From the sequence record PZ445521.1: a DNA stretch of 64,000 bases, one strand, 5' to 3'. The position numbers and the translations under genes were made by a program. Each line of letters opens with the position of its first letter. Positions within the stretch are counted from its first letter, which is position 1. The notes under the pieces are model-generated. The model had not been told where the DNA came from. It did not search any database and worked only from the letters and a program-made list of their open reading frames with translations. This stretch comes from a phage. Below, piece by piece: positions 50,531-62,512 of the stretch.

Positions 50531-50553
50531 TATAAATAGATAATATATTTATA
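50531..50553. promoter_or_regulatory. divergent late promoters between gene 4 (minus) and gene 53 (plus)
   Basis: TATAAATA at 50531-50538 on plus strand; TATTTATA at 50546-50553 is the minus-strand equivalent. Confidence 0.6.
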
Positions 50554-50566
50554 AACAGGAGGGCCC

Positions 50567-51157
50567 ATGCTCTTTACATTTTTTGATCCGATTGAATATG
50601 CGGCCAAAACGGTGAATAAAAACGCGCCGACTATTCCTATGACAGATATTTTTAGAAACTATAAAGACTATTTTAAACGCGCTCTTGCGGGATACCGCTT
50701 ACGTACTTATTATATCAAAGGTTCACCCCGCCCGGAAGAATTAGCAAATACTATATATGGAAATCCACAGTTGTATTGGGTTTTATTGATGTGTAATGAT
50801 AATTATGATCCATATTATGGATGGATTACTTCACAAGAAGCTGCTTATCAAGCATCTATACAAAAATACAAAAATGTAGGTGGAGACCAAATAGTATATC
50901 ATGTGAATGAGAATGGTGAAAAATTTTATAATTTAATATCATACGATGATAATCCATATGTTTGGTATGATAAAGGCGATAAAGCTAGAAAATATCCTCA
51001 ATATGAAGGAGCACTTGCTGCGGTCGATACGTATGAAGCGGCTGTTCTTGAAAATGAAAAACTTCGTCAAATAAAAATAATAGCAAAATCAGACATTAAT
51101 TCATTTATGAACGACCTTATACGTATAATGGAGAAATCTTATGGAAATGATAAGTAA
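50567..51157 (+). CDS. 53: baseplate wedge protein gp53
   Basis: 196 aa; late promoter TATAAATA 50531-50538 then AGGAGG RBS. Confidence 0.88.
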   Translation: MLFTFFDPIEYAAKTVNKNAPTIPMTDIFRNYKDYFKRALAGYRLRTYYIKGSPRPEELANTIYGNPQLYWVLLMCNDNYDPYYGWITSQEAAYQASIQKYKNVGGDQIVYHVNENGEKFYNLISYDDNPYVWYDKGDKARKYPQYEGALAAVDTYEAAVLENEKLRQIKIIAKSDINSFMNDLIRIMEKSYGNDK

Positions 51158-52868
51158 TAACCTTAATTGGTTTGTTGGTGTTGTTGAAGATAGAATGGAC
51201 CCATTAAAATTAGGTCGTGTTCGTGTTCGTGTGGTTGGTCTGCATCCACCACAAAGAGCGCAAGGTGATGTAATGGGTATTCCAACTGAAAAATTACCAT
51301 GGATGTCAGTTATTCAACCTATAACTTCTGCAGCAATGTCTGGAATTGGAGGTTCTGTTACTGGACCGGTAGAAGGAACTAGAGTTTATGGTCATTTTTT
51401 AGACAAATGGAAAACTAACGGAATTGTCCTTGGCACGTATGGTGGAATAGTTCGCGAAAAACCGAATAGACTTGAAGGATTTTCTGACCCAACTGGGCAA
51501 TATCCTAGACGTTTAGGAAATGATACTAACGTACTAAACCAAGGCGGTGATGTAGGATATGATTCCTCTTCTAATGTTATTCAAGATAGTAACTTAGACA
51601 CTGCAATAAATCCTGATGATAGACCACTATCAGAGATTCCAACTGATGATAATCCAAACATGTCAATGGCTGAAATGCTTCGCCGTGATGAAGGATTAAG
51701 ACTAAAAGTTTATTGGGATACTGAAGGATATCCGACAATTGGTATTGGTCATCTTATCATGAAGCAGCCAGTTCGTGATATGGCTCAAATTAATAAAGTT
51801 TTATCGAAACAAGTTGGTCGTGAAATTACTGGAAACCCAGGTTCTATTACAATGGAAGAGGCGACGACTCTATTTGAACGTGATTTGGCTGATATGCAAC
51901 GCGACATTAAATCACATTCTAAAGTAGGACCAGTCTGGCAAGCTGTTAACCGTTCTCGTCAAATGGCATTAGAAAATATGGCATTTCAGATGGGTGTTGG
52001 TGGTGTAGCTAAATTTAACACAATGTTAACTGCTATGTTAGCAGGAGACTGGGAAAAAGCATATAAAGCCGGTCGTGATTCATTGTGGTATCAACAAACA
52101 AAGGGTCGTGCATCCCGTGTTACCATGATTATTCTTACGGGAAATTTGGAATCATATGGTGTTGAAGTGAAAACACCAGCTAGGTCTTTATCTGCAATGG
52201 CTGCTACTGTAGCTAAATCTTCTGATCCAGCTGATCCTCCTATTCCAAATGACTCAAGAATTTTGTTCAAAGAACCAGTTTCTTCATATAAAGGCGAATA
52301 TCCTTATGTTCACACAATGGAAACTGAAAGCGGTCATATTCAGGAATTTGATGATACCCCTGGGCAAGAACGATATAGATTAGTTCATCCAACTGGAACT
52401 TATGAAGAAGTATCACCGTCAGGAAGAAGAACAAGAAAAACTGTTGATAATTTGTATGATATAACAAATGCTGATGGTAATTTTTTGGTAGCCGGTGATA
52501 AAAAGACTAACGTCGGTGGATCAGAAATTTATTACAACATGGATAATCGTTTACATCAAATCGATGGAAGCAATACAATATTTGTACGTGGCGATGAAAC
52601 TAAGACGGTTGAAGGTAATGGAACTATCCTAGTTAAAGGTAATGTTACTATTGTAGTTGAAGGTAATGCTGACATTACAGTTAAAGGAGATGCTACCACT
52701 TTAGTTGAAGGTAATCAAACTAATACAGTAAATGGAAATCTTTCTTGGAAAGTTGCTGGGACAGTTGATTGGGACGTTGGTGGTGATTGGACAGAAAAAA
52801 TGGCATCTATGAGTTCTATTTCATCTGGTCAATACACAATTGATGGATCGAGGATTGACATTGGCTAA
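51141..52868 (+). CDS. 5: baseplate hub / tail lysozyme gp5
   Basis: 575 aa; lysozyme domain resembling e; C-terminal VxGxxxxxx beta-helix repeats. Confidence 0.95.
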   Translation: MEMISNNLNWFVGVVEDRMDPLKLGRVRVRVVGLHPPQRAQGDVMGIPTEKLPWMSVIQPITSAAMSGIGGSVTGPVEGTRVYGHFLDKWKTNGIVLGTYGGIVREKPNRLEGFSDPTGQYPRRLGNDTNVLNQGGDVGYDSSSNVIQDSNLDTAINPDDRPLSEIPTDDNPNMSMAEMLRRDEGLRLKVYWDTEGYPTIGIGHLIMKQPVRDMAQINKVLSKQVGREITGNPGSITMEEATTLFERDLADMQRDIKSHSKVGPVWQAVNRSRQMALENMAFQMGVGGVAKFNTMLTAMLAGDWEKAYKAGRDSLWYQQTKGRASRVTMIILTGNLESYGVEVKTPARSLSAMAATVAKSSDPADPPIPNDSRILFKEPVSSYKGEYPYVHTMETESGHIQEFDDTPGQERYRLVHPTGTYEEVSPSGRRTRKTVDNLYDITNADGNFLVAGDKKTNVGGSEIYYNMDNRLHQIDGSNTIFVRGDETKTVEGNGTILVKGNVTIVVEGNADITVKGDATTLVEGNQTNTVNGNLSWKVAGTVDWDVGGDWTEKMASMSSISSGQYTIDGSRIDIG

Positions 52869-52878
52869 TATACTTCCA

Positions 52879-53397
52879 ATGAGCGCTGATTTAGGAGAAT
52901 CCATGGAAGGTTCTTCTATCGACGTCACCTTTACCGCTCAATTAGAAACAGGTGAAACGTTAGTATCTATAAATATAACTAGTTACGAAGAAACTCCTGG
53001 GGTTTTAGTAGAAGAAAATCGCTTATATGGAACATATGAATCTGTGTTTGGATTTGGAGATGACGCGTTGAAATATCGTTTAGGCGATGAATTTAAAACT
53101 GCTGCTTCATGGGAAGAACTTCCTACTGATTCTGATACTCAGTTGTATTTGTGGAAAGCTCCTCAAAATCTCCAGAAGACATTCACTTACGAAGTAACAT
53201 TAATATATGACTACCAAGAACAAAGTGAATCTGGAGGTTCTGGCAGTAATTCTAGGTCATCTTCTGATACTACTGAACCGACGGATCCTCCTGCTCCAGT
53301 AAGAAAAACTCTCGTTAAAAATTATACTAAAACTATAGTTGGAAATTGGAGTCGTTGGGCTAATAAATTGAGAAGCTATGTGTATGAGAGGCCATAA
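52879..53397 (+). CDS. hypothetical protein (5.1 position)
   Basis: track ORF trimmed to MSADLGES... after gp5 stop; Ser/Gly-rich linker. Confidence 0.5.
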
Positions 53398-53691
53398 ATG
53401 TCAGGATTAAGTTATGATAAGTGTGTTACTGCTGGCCATGAAGCGTGGCCTCCAACAGTTGTGAATGCTACACAAAGTAAAGTATTCACTGGAGGAATTG
53501 CTGTTCTAGTAGCAGGCGATCCAATTACAGAACATACAGAAATTAAAAAGCCATATGAAACACATGGCGGAGTGACACAACCCAGAACTTCTAAGGTATA
53601 TGTCACTGGAAAGAAAGCTGTTCAAATGGCTGATCCAATATCATGCGGTGATACTGTGGCTCAGGCATCATCTAAAGTATTCATTAAATAG
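53398..53691 (+). CDS. 5.4: baseplate spike tip PAAR-like protein gp5.4
   Basis: 97 aa; same length and position as T4 gp5.4. Confidence 0.8.
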
Positions 53692-53699
53692 GATTTAAA

Positions 53700-55682
53700 A
53701 TGGCAAATACCCCTGTAAATTATCAATTAACAAGAACAGCAAATGCTATTCCCGAGATATTCGTCGGGGGTACGTTTGCTGAAATAAAACAAAACCTCAT
53801 TGAATGGCTTAATGGCCAAAATGAATTTTTGGATTATGATTTTGAAGGCTCAAGATTAAACGTTCTGTGTGACCTTTTGGCTTATAATACATTGTACATT
53901 CAGCAGTTTGGTAATGCTGCTGTATATGAAAGCTTCATGCGTACTGCTAACTTACGAAGTTCAGTTGTTCAAGCTGCACAAGATAACGGATATTTACCTA
54001 CTTCAAAATCCGCTGCGCAGACCGAAATTATGTTAACATGCACCGACGCATTGAATAGGAATTACATTACAATTCCTCGCGGAACTCGCTTTTTAGCATA
54101 TGCAAAAGATACTTCTGTTAATCCATACAACTTCGTTTCTACCGAAGACGTTATTGCTATTCGTGATAAAAATAACCAATATTTTCCGCGTTTAAAATTG
54201 GCCCAGGGACGTATAGTAAGAACTGAAATCATTTATGATAAATTAACACCTATTATCATTTATGATAAAAATATTGATAGAAACCAGGTTAAATTATATG
54301 TTGATGGAGCGGAATGGATTAACTGGACGAGAAAGTCAATGGTTCATGCTGGTTCAACATCAACGATTTACTATATGCGTGAAACTATTGATGGAAACAC
54401 TGAATTCTATTTTGGCGAAGGTGAAATTTCTGTTAATGCTTCTGAAGGAGCTTTGACCGCTAATTATATCGGAGGTCTTAAACCTACCCAGAACTCTACG
54501 ATTGTTATTGAGTACATCAGTACTAACGGTGCAGATGCGAATGGCGCAGTCGGATTTTCATATGCAGATACATTAACAAATATAACTGTCATCAATATTA
54601 ATGAAAATCCAAACGACGACCCAGATTTTGTCGGAGCAGATGGCGGCGGTGATCCAGAAGATATTGAACGTATTCGTGAATTGGGTACTATTAAGCGTGA
54701 AACTCAGCAGCGATGTGTAACTGCGACAGATTATGATACATTTGTCTCAGAAAGATTTGGTTCTATTATTCAAGCCGTTCAGACTTTCACTGATTCTACT
54801 AAACCTGGTTATGCATTTATTGCTGCTAAACCTAAATCAGGATTGTATTTAACTACTGTGCAGCGTGAAGATATTAAAAATTATCTCAAAGACTATAATT
54901 TAGCTCCTATTACGCCATCAATTATTTCTCCTAATTATCTTTTTATTAAGACTAATTTAAAAGTCACATATGCTTTAAATAAGCTGCAAGAATCCGAACA
55001 GTGGCTCGAAGGTCAAATAATTGATAAAATTGATCGTTATTATACCGAAGATGTAGAAATTTTTAACTCGTCTTTTGCCAAGTCTAAGATGTTGACATAT
55101 GTAGATGATGCAGATCATTCTATCATTGGTTCATCAGCGACAATTCAAATTGTTCGTGAAGTACAAAACTTCTATAAAACGCCTGAAGCAGGTATTAAAT
55201 ACAATAATCAAATAAAAGATCGTTCTATGGAATCTAATACGTTTTCATTTAATTCTGGACGAAAGGTTGTAAATCCTGATACTGGTTTAGAAGAAGATGT
55301 ATTATATGACGTTCGTATAGTATCAACAGACCGAGATTCTAAAGGAATTGGTAAAGTTATTATTGGTCCATTTGCTTCTGGCGATGTTACAGAAAATGAA
55401 AACATTCAGCCGTATACAGGAAACGATTTTAACAAATTAGCAAATTCTGATGGACGCGACAAATACTATGTTATCGGTGAAATAAATTATCCAGCTGACA
55501 TGATTTATTGGAATATCGCTAAAATTAATTTAACATCTGAAAAATTTGAAGTTCAGACTATTGAATTATATTCTGACCCAACCGATGATGTTATCTTTAC
55601 TCGCGATGGTTCACTGATTGTATTTGAAAATGACTTACGTCCACAATACTTAACTATCGATTTGGAGCCTATATCACAATGA
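53700..55682 (+). CDS. 6: baseplate wedge protein gp6
   Basis: 660 aa as T4 gp6. Confidence 0.9.
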   Translation: MANTPVNYQLTRTANAIPEIFVGGTFAEIKQNLIEWLNGQNEFLDYDFEGSRLNVLCDLLAYNTLYIQQFGNAAVYESFMRTANLRSSVVQAAQDNGYLPTSKSAAQTEIMLTCTDALNRNYITIPRGTRFLAYAKDTSVNPYNFVSTEDVIAIRDKNNQYFPRLKLAQGRIVRTEIIYDKLTPIIIYDKNIDRNQVKLYVDGAEWINWTRKSMVHAGSTSTIYYMRETIDGNTEFYFGEGEISVNASEGALTANYIGGLKPTQNSTIVIEYISTNGADANGAVGFSYADTLTNITVININENPNDDPDFVGADGGGDPEDIERIRELGTIKRETQQRCVTATDYDTFVSERFGSIIQAVQTFTDSTKPGYAFIAAKPKSGLYLTTVQREDIKNYLKDYNLAPITPSIISPNYLFIKTNLKVTYALNKLQESEQWLEGQIIDKIDRYYTEDVEIFNSSFAKSKMLTYVDDADHSIIGSSATIQIVREVQNFYKTPEAGIKYNNQIKDRSMESNTFSFNSGRKVVNPDTGLEEDVLYDVRIVSTDRDSKGIGKVIIGPFASGDVTENENIQPYTGNDFNKLANSDGRDKYYVIGEINYPADMIYWNIAKINLTSEKFEVQTIELYSDPTDDVIFTRDGSLIVFENDLRPQYLTIDLEPISQ

Positions 55683-58600
55683 CAGTAAAAGCACCTTCAG
55701 TCACTAGTCTCAGAATTTCCAAGTTATCCGCAAATCAGGTGCAAGTACGCTGGGATGACGTTGGTGCTAATTTCTACTATTTTGTAGAAATCGCTGAGAC
55801 AAAAACAAACTCGGGGGAAAAACTCCCGAGTAATCAATATCGTTGGATTAATTTAGGATATACTGCAAATAACAGCTTCTTTTTTGATGATGCTGATCCA
55901 TTGACATCATACATTATCAGAGTAGCTACAGCTGCGCAAGATTTTGAGCAGTCTGATTGGATTTATACCGAAGAGTTTGAAACTTTTGCTACAAATGCTT
56001 ATACATTTCAAAACATGATTGAAATGCAATTAGCCAATAAATTCATTCAGGAAAAATTTACTCTTAATAATTCTGATTATGTTAATTTTAATAATGACAC
56101 TATAATGGCTGCATTGATGAATGAATCATTTCAATTCAGCCCATCGTATGTTGATGTTTCATCAATAAGTAATTTTATTATTGGTGAAAATGAGTATCAT
56201 GAAATACAAGGTTCTATTCAGCAAGTATGTAAGGATATTAACCGAGTTTATTTGATGGAATCAGAAGGAATTCTATATCTTTTTGAGCGCTATCAACCTG
56301 TAGTTAAAGTATCTAATGATAAAGGACAAACCTGGAAAGCTGTAAAGCTCTTCAATGACCGTGTAGGATATCCTTTATCTAAGACAGTATATTACCAATC
56401 TGCGAACACAACATACGTTCTAGGATACGGCAAGATTTTCTATGGCCGCAAATCTACTGATGTTAGATGGTCAGCCGATGATGTCAGATTTAGTTCTCAG
56501 GATATAACATTTGCTAAACTTGGCGACCAACTTCATTTAGGATTTGATGTAGAAATTTTTGCCACTTACGCGACTTTGCCAGCGAATGTATACCGCATTG
56601 CAGAAGCTATTACTTGCACCGATGATTACATTTACGTTGTCGCCAGAGACAAAGTTAGATACATAAAAACGAGTAATGCACCTATAGATTCTGATCCATT
56701 ATCTCCAACATATTCGGAAAGACTTTTTGAACCTGATACTATGACTATAACCGGAAATCCTAAAGCGGTATGCTATAAAATGGATTCTATCGGTGATAAA
56801 GTTTTTGCTCTTATTATTGGTGAAGTTGAAACATTAAATGCTAATCCTAGAACATCAAAAATAATTGATTCCGCTGATAAAGGAATATATGTTTTAAATC
56901 ATGACGAAAAAACATGGAAAAGAGTTTTTGGTAATACCGAAGAAGAAAGAAGACGTATTCAACCCGGATATGCGAATATGTCAACTGATGGTAAATTAGT
57001 TTCTCTGTCTTCGAGTAATTTTAAATTTTTAAGTGATAACGTTGTTAATGACCCTGAAACTGCTGTAAAATACCAGTTAATCGGTGCTGTTAAATATGAA
57101 TTTCCTCGTGAATGGTTAGCTGATAAACATTATCATATGATGGCGTTTATAGCGGATGAAAAATCTGATTGGGAGACTTTTACTCCTCAACCGATGAAAT
57201 ACTACGCAGAACCGTTCTTTAATTGGTCTAAAAAATCTAACACTCGTTGTTGGATAAACAACTCTGATAAAGCTGTAGTAGTTTATGCTGATTTAAAATA
57301 CACTAAAGTTATAGAAAATATTCCGGAAACATCACCAGATAGATTAGTTCATGAATACTGGGATGATGGCGATTGTACTATAGTAATGCCAAATGTTAAA
57401 TTCACTGGATTTAAAAAATATGCATCTGGGATGCTTTTCTATAAAGCCTCTGGTGAAATAATTTCTTACTATGATTTTAACTATCGCGTGAGAGATACAG
57501 TAGAAATTATTTGGAAGCCAACTGAAGTATTTTTAAAAGCATTTTTACAAAACCAAGAGCATGAAACTCCTTGGTCGCCTGAAGAAGAGCGTGGATTGGC
57601 TGACCCTGATTTAAGACCATTGATTGGCACAATGATGCCTGATTCTTATTTGTTGCAGGATTCGAATTTTGAGGCATTTTGCGAAGCATATATTCAGTAT
57701 CTTTCTGATGGATATGGAACTCAGTATAACAATTTACGAAATTTAATTCGTAACAAATATCCACGAGAAGAGCATGCATGGGAATATTTGTGGTCAGAGA
57801 TATATAAAAGAAACATTTATTTAAATGCTGACAAACGTGATGCTGTTGCAAGATTTTTCGAATCACGTAGCTATGATTTTTATTCTACTAAAGGAATTGA
57901 AGCATCATACAAATTTCTTTTTAAAGTTCTTTATAATGAAGAAGTCGAAATTGAAATTGAATCGGGAGCAGGTACTGAATATGATGTAATCATTCAATCT
58001 GATTCTCTTACAGAAGATTTAGTAGGACAGACTATCTATACTGCAACCGGAAGATGCAATGTTACTTATATAGAAAGAAGTTATTCTAATGGTAAATTGC
58101 AATGGACCGTGACTATACATAATCTTTTGGGGCGTTTAATAGCAGGGCAAGAAGTTAAAGCAGAAAGACTTCCAGGTTTTGAAGGCGAAATTATTCGTGG
58201 GGTTAAAGGAAAGGATTTGCTTCAAAATAATATAGACTATATTAATAGAAGTCGATCATATTATGTAATGAAAATTAAATCCAATTTACCTTCTTCTCGT
58301 TGGAAATCTGACGTTATTCGTTTTGTTCATCCAGTAGGATTTGGATTTATAGCAATTACACTTTTAACAATGTTTATTAATGTTGGTTTAACTCTTAAAC
58401 ATACAGAGACTATAATTAATAAATACAAAAACTATAAATGGGATTCTGGATTGCCTACTGAATATGCTGATAGAGTAGCTAAATTGACTCCAACTGGTGA
58501 AATTGAGCATGATTCGGTAACAGGCGAAGCAATTTATGAGCCTGGTCCAATGGCTGGTGTAGAATATCCTCTTCCTGATGACTATAATGCTGAAAATAAC

Positions 58601-58777
58601 AATTCAATATTTCAAGGTCAATTGCCGTCTGAACGACGTAAATTAATGAGTCCTTTATTTGATGCATCTGGAACAACATTTGCGCAATTTAGAGATTTAG
58701 TTAATAAACGTCTAAAAGATAATATAGGAAATCCAAGAGACCCTGAAAATCCAACACAGGTTAAAATAGATGAATGA
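55679..58777 (+). CDS. 7: baseplate wedge initiator gp7
   Basis: 1032 aa as T4 gp7; ATGA overlap with gp6. Confidence 0.9.
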   Translation: MTVKAPSVTSLRISKLSANQVQVRWDDVGANFYYFVEIAETKTNSGEKLPSNQYRWINLGYTANNSFFFDDADPLTSYIIRVATAAQDFEQSDWIYTEEFETFATNAYTFQNMIEMQLANKFIQEKFTLNNSDYVNFNNDTIMAALMNESFQFSPSYVDVSSISNFIIGENEYHEIQGSIQQVCKDINRVYLMESEGILYLFERYQPVVKVSNDKGQTWKAVKLFNDRVGYPLSKTVYYQSANTTYVLGYGKIFYGRKSTDVRWSADDVRFSSQDITFAKLGDQLHLGFDVEIFATYATLPANVYRIAEAITCTDDYIYVVARDKVRYIKTSNAPIDSDPLSPTYSERLFEPDTMTITGNPKAVCYKMDSIGDKVFALIIGEVETLNANPRTSKIIDSADKGIYVLNHDEKTWKRVFGNTEEERRRIQPGYANMSTDGKLVSLSSSNFKFLSDNVVNDPETAVKYQLIGAVKYEFPREWLADKHYHMMAFIADEKSDWETFTPQPMKYYAEPFFNWSKKSNTRCWINNSDKAVVVYADLKYTKVIENIPETSPDRLVHEYWDDGDCTIVMPNVKFTGFKKYASGMLFYKASGEIISYYDFNYRVRDTVEIIWKPTEVFLKAFLQNQEHETPWSPEEERGLADPDLRPLIGTMMPDSYLLQDSNFEAFCEAYIQYLSDGYGTQYNNLRNLIRNKYPREEHAWEYLWSEIYKRNIYLNADKRDAVARFFESRSYDFYSTKGIEASYKFLFKVLYNEEVEIEIESGAGTEYDVIIQSDSLTEDLVGQTIYTATGRCNVTYIERSYSNGKLQWTVTIHNLLGRLIAGQEVKAERLPGFEGEIIRGVKGKDLLQNNIDYINRSRSYYVMKIKSNLPSSRWKSDVIRFVHPVGFGFIAITLLTMFINVGLTLKHTETIINKYKNYKWDSGLPTEYADRVAKLTPTGEIEHDSVTGEAIYEPGPMAGVEYPLPDDYNAENNNSIFQGQLPSERRKLMSPLFDASGTTFAQFRDLVNKRLKDNIGNPRDPENPTQVKIDE

Positions 58778-59774
58778 TTCAAGTGTTATCTATCGTGCGA
58801 TAGTTACTTCAAAATTTAGAACAGAAAAAATGTTGAATTTTTATAATTCAATTGGAAGTGGTCCGGATAAAAACACTATCTTTATCACATTTGGAAGATC
58901 AGAACCGTGGTCATCAAATGAAAATGAGGTGGGCTTTGCCCCACCTTATCCTACCGATTCTGTATTAGGTGTAACTGACATGTGGACTCATATGATGGGA
59001 ACAGTAAAAGTTCTTCCATCAATGCTTGATGCTGTTATTCCTCGCAGAGATTGGGGAGATACTAGATATCCGGATCCATACACATTTAGAATTAACGATA
59101 TTGTAGTGTGTAACTCAGCTCCTTACAACGCTACTGAATCAGGCGCAGGCTGGTTAGTATATCGTTGTTTAGATGTTCCTGATACCGGAATGTGTTCAAT
59201 CGCATCTTTAACTGATAAGGATGAATGCCTTAAGTTAGGTGGAAAATGGACTCCTTCTGCTAGGTCAATGACTCCTCCTGAAGGTCGAGGAGATGCTGAA
59301 GGAACAATTGAACCTGGGGACGGATATGTTTGGGAATATCTATTTGAGATTCCGCCTGATGTATCTATAAATAGATGCACGAATGAATATATCGTGGTTC
59401 CTTGGCCTGAGGAATTAAAAGAAGACCCGACTAGATGGGGGTATGAAGATAATCTCACTTGGCAGCAAGATGATTTTGGATTAATTTACCGTGTTAAGGC
59501 AAATACTATCCGTTTTAAAGCATATTTAGATTCAGTTTATTTTCCTGAAGCTGCATTGCCGGGAAATAAAGGATTTAGACAAATATCAATAATTACGAAT
59601 CCTCTTGAAGCTAAAGCTCATCCAAATGACCCAAATGTTAAAGCTGAAAAGGATTATTATGATCCGGAAGATTTAATGAGGCATTCGGGCGAAATGATTT
59701 ATATGGAAAATAGGCCACCTATTATTATGGCAATGGATCAGACAGAAGAAATCAATATTCTGTTTACATTTTAA
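58770..59774 (+). CDS. 8: baseplate wedge protein gp8
   Basis: 334 aa as T4 gp8; followed by hairpin with U-tract. Confidence 0.9.
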   Translation: MNDSSVIYRAIVTSKFRTEKMLNFYNSIGSGPDKNTIFITFGRSEPWSSNENEVGFAPPYPTDSVLGVTDMWTHMMGTVKVLPSMLDAVIPRRDWGDTRYPDPYTFRINDIVVCNSAPYNATESGAGWLVYRCLDVPDTGMCSIASLTDKDECLKLGGKWTPSARSMTPPEGRGDAEGTIEPGDGYVWEYLFEIPPDVSINRCTNEYIVVPWPEELKEDPTRWGYEDNLTWQQDDFGLIYRVKANTIRFKAYLDSVYFPEAALPGNKGFRQISIITNPLEAKAHPNDPNVKAEKDYYDPEDLMRHSGEMIYMENRPPIIMAMDQTEEINILFTF

Positions 59775-59778
59775 ATTA

Positions 59779-59800
59779 AGGGAGCCCATGGGCTCCCTTT
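59779..59800 (+). terminator. rho-independent terminator after gene 8
   Basis: GGGAGCCCATGGGCTCCC followed by TTTTTCTTT. Confidence 0.6.
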
Positions 59801-59805
59801 TTCTT

Positions 59806-59813
59806 TATAAATA
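59806..59813 (+). promoter_or_regulatory. late promoter (TATAAATA) for gene 9
   Basis: TATAAATA about 25 nt upstream of gp9 ATG. Confidence 0.6.
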
Positions 59814-59837
59814 CTATAAACTCATAAGGAAACCGCT

Positions 59838-60704
59838 ATGTTCATTCAAGAACCAAAGAAATTGATTGATACCGGCGAAATTGGTAACGCTTCTACTGGT
59901 GATATCTTATTCGACGGTGGTAATAAAATTAATAGTGATTTTAACGCAATTTATAATGCGTTTGGCGATCAACGTAAAATGGCAGTAGCAAATGGCACCG
60001 GAGCAGATGGTCAAATTATCCATGCTACTGGATATTATCAAAAACACTCTATTGCAGAGTATGCAACTCCAGTAAAAGTTGGCACTAGGCATGATATTGA
60101 TACCTCTACTGTAGGTGTTAAAGTTATCATTGAAAGAGGCGAACTCGGCGATTGTGTTGAATTCATTAACTCTAATGGATCAATATCAGTTACTAATCCT
60201 TTGACAATTCAAGCTATTGATTCAATTAAAGGTGTTTCAGGTAATTTAGTAGTAACTAGCCCATATAGTAAAGTAACTTTACGCTGTATTTCATCTGATA
60301 ATTCTACATCGGTTTGGAATTATTCTATTGAAAGTATGTTTGGGCAAAAGGAATCACCAGCTGAAGGTACATGGAATATTTCTACGTCCGGATCAGTTGA
60401 CATTCCATTATTTCATCGCACTGAATACAATATGGCTAAATTGCTAGTTACGTGCCAATCGGTAGATGGAAGAAAAATTAAAACAGCAGAAATAAATATT
60501 CTTGTGGATACTGTTAATTCAGAGGTCATTTCTTCTGAATATGCTGTCATGCGAGTTGGGAATGAAACCGAAGAAGACGAAATCGCTAATATTGCATTTA
60601 GTATTAAAGAAAACTATGTAACGGCGACTATAAGTTCTTCAACTGTCGGTATGAGAGCAGCAGTTAAAGTTATCGCTACGCAGAAAATCGGGGTGGCTCA
60701 ATAA
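59838..60704 (+). CDS. 9: baseplate wedge / long tail fiber socket gp9
   Basis: 288 aa; late promoter TATAAATA at 59806-59813. Confidence 0.9.
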   Translation: MFIQEPKKLIDTGEIGNASTGDILFDGGNKINSDFNAIYNAFGDQRKMAVANGTGADGQIIHATGYYQKHSIAEYATPVKVGTRHDIDTSTVGVKVIIERGELGDCVEFINSNGSISVTNPLTIQAIDSIKGVSGNLVVTSPYSKVTLRCISSDNSTSVWNYSIESMFGQKESPAEGTWNISTSGSVDIPLFHRTEYNMAKLLVTCQSVDGRKIKTAEINILVDTVNSEVISSEYAVMRVGNETEEDEIANIAFSIKENYVTATISSSTVGMRAAVKVIATQKIGVAQ

Positions 60705-62512
60705 TGAAACAAAATATTAATATCGGTAATGTTGTAGATGATGGTACCGGTGACTACCTGCGTAAAGGTGGTATAAAAATAAATGAAAACTTTGATGAGC
60801 TTTATTATGAACTCGGTGATGGTGATGTTCCATATTCAGCTGGTGCCTGGAAAACTTATAATGCTTCATCAGGACAAACATTAACAGCAGAATGGGGAAA
60901 ATCATACGCTATTAATACATCTTCTGGAAGAGTGACTATAAATCTTCCAAAGGGTACAGTTAATGATTACAACAAGGTAATTAGAGCTAGAGACGTATTT
61001 GCTACATGGAACGTCAACCCAGTTACACTAGTAGCTGCTTCCGGCGATACGATTAAAGGGTCTGCAGTACCAGTTGAAATTAATGTTCAATTCAGCGATT
61101 TAGAACTAGTGTATTGTGCCCCAGGACGTTGGGAATATGTCAAAAATAAACAAATTGACAAAATTACCAGTTCAGACATTAGTAATGTAGCTCGTAAAGA
61201 ATTTTTAGTCGAAGTCCAAGGACAAACAGACTTTTTAGATGTTTTCCGTGGAACCAGTTATAATGTAAATAACATCAGAGTAAAACATCGTGGTAACGAA
61301 TTGTATTACGGCGATGTGTTTAGCGAAAACAGCGATTTTGGCTCTCCGGGCGAAAATGAAGGAGAACTAGTTCCTCTTGATGGATTTAATATTCGATTAA
61401 GACAGCCTTGTAATATTGGTGACACTGTTCAAATTGAAACATTTATGGATGGTGTATCGCAGTGGAGAAGTTCATATACAAGACGTCAAATTAGATTGTT
61501 AGATTCAAAATTAACGTCAAAAACTTCTTTAGAAGGAAGCATTTACGTTACTGATTTATCAACAATGAAATCAATTCCATTTTCTGCTTTTGGATTAATT
61601 CCAGGAGAACCTATTAATCCTAACTCTCTTGAGGTTCGTTTTAATGGAATTTTGCAGGAATTGGCTGGCACAGTTGGAATGCCATTATTTCATTGTGTTG
61701 GTGCCGATTCAGACGATGAAGTAGAATGCTCTGTTTTAGGTGGAACTTGGGAACAATCTCATACCGATTATTCAATTGAAACTGATGAAAACGGCATACC
61801 GGAAATTTTACATTTCGATAGAGTATTTGAGCATGGTGACATTATCAATATCACCTGGTTTAATAATGATTTGGGTACATTATTAACGAAAGATGAGATT
61901 ATTGATGAAACTGATAATCTCTATGTATCGCAAGGACCAGGGGTAGATATTTCAGGTGATGTAAATTTAACAGACTTCGATAAAATTGGTTGGCCAAATG
62001 TAGAAGCAGTTCAATCTTATCAACGCGAATTTAATGCTGTTTCAAATATCTTTGATACGATTTATCCTATTGGAACTATATATGAAAACGCTGTTAATCC
62101 AAACAACCCTGTTACATATATGGGATTCGGCTCATGGAAATTATTTGGGCAAGGAAAAGTTTTAGTTGGATGGAATGAAGATATTTCGGATCCGAATTTT
62201 GCTCTAAATAACAACGATTTAGATTCTGGCGGAAATCCTTCGCATACTGCAGGTGGAACAGGTGGTTCTACTTCTGTTACATTGGAAAATGCTAATCTTC
62301 CTGCAACTGAAACAGATGAAGAAGTTCTAATAGTTGATGAAAATGGATCAGTCATTGTTGGTGGGTGTCAATACGATCCAGATGAATCCGGTCCAATTTA
62401 CACTAAATACCGTGAAGCTAAAGCATCTACTAACTCTACTCACACTCCGCCAACATCAATAACTAACATTCAACCATATATTACAGTTTATCGTTGGATA
62501 AGGATTGCATAA
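60704..62512 (+). CDS. 10: baseplate wedge protein gp10
   Basis: 602 aa as T4 gp10. Confidence 0.9.
   Translation: MKQNINIGNVVDDGTGDYLRKGGIKINENFDELYYELGDGDVPYSAGAWKTYNASSGQTLTAEWGKSYAINTSSGRVTINLPKGTVNDYNKVIRARDVFATWNVNPVTLVAASGDTIKGSAVPVEINVQFSDLELVYCAPGRWEYVKNKQIDKITSSDISNVARKEFLVEVQGQTDFLDVFRGTSYNVNNIRVKHRGNELYYGDVFSENSDFGSPGENEGELVPLDGFNIRLRQPCNIGDTVQIETFMDGVSQWRSSYTRRQIRLLDSKLTSKTSLEGSIYVTDLSTMKSIPFSAFGLIPGEPINPNSLEVRFNGILQELAGTVGMPLFHCVGADSDDEVECSVLGGTWEQSHTDYSIETDENGIPEILHFDRVFEHGDIINITWFNNDLGTLLTKDEIIDETDNLYVSQGPGVDISGDVNLTDFDKIGWPNVEAVQSYQREFNAVSNIFDTIYPIGTIYENAVNPNNPVTYMGFGSWKLFGQGKVLVGWNEDISDPNFALNNNDLDSGGNPSHTAGGTGGSTSVTLENANLPATETDEEVLIVDENGSVIVGGCQYDPDESGPIYTKYREAKASTNSTHTPPTSITNIQPYITVYRWIRIA

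Noticed and set aside
53412-59458. Minus-strand ORFs inside late structural genes (53412..53606, 55208..55405, 57507..57866, 58479..58679, 59123..59458)
   Set aside because: Fully contained antisense within gp5.4, gp6, gp7 and gp8; no independent signals.
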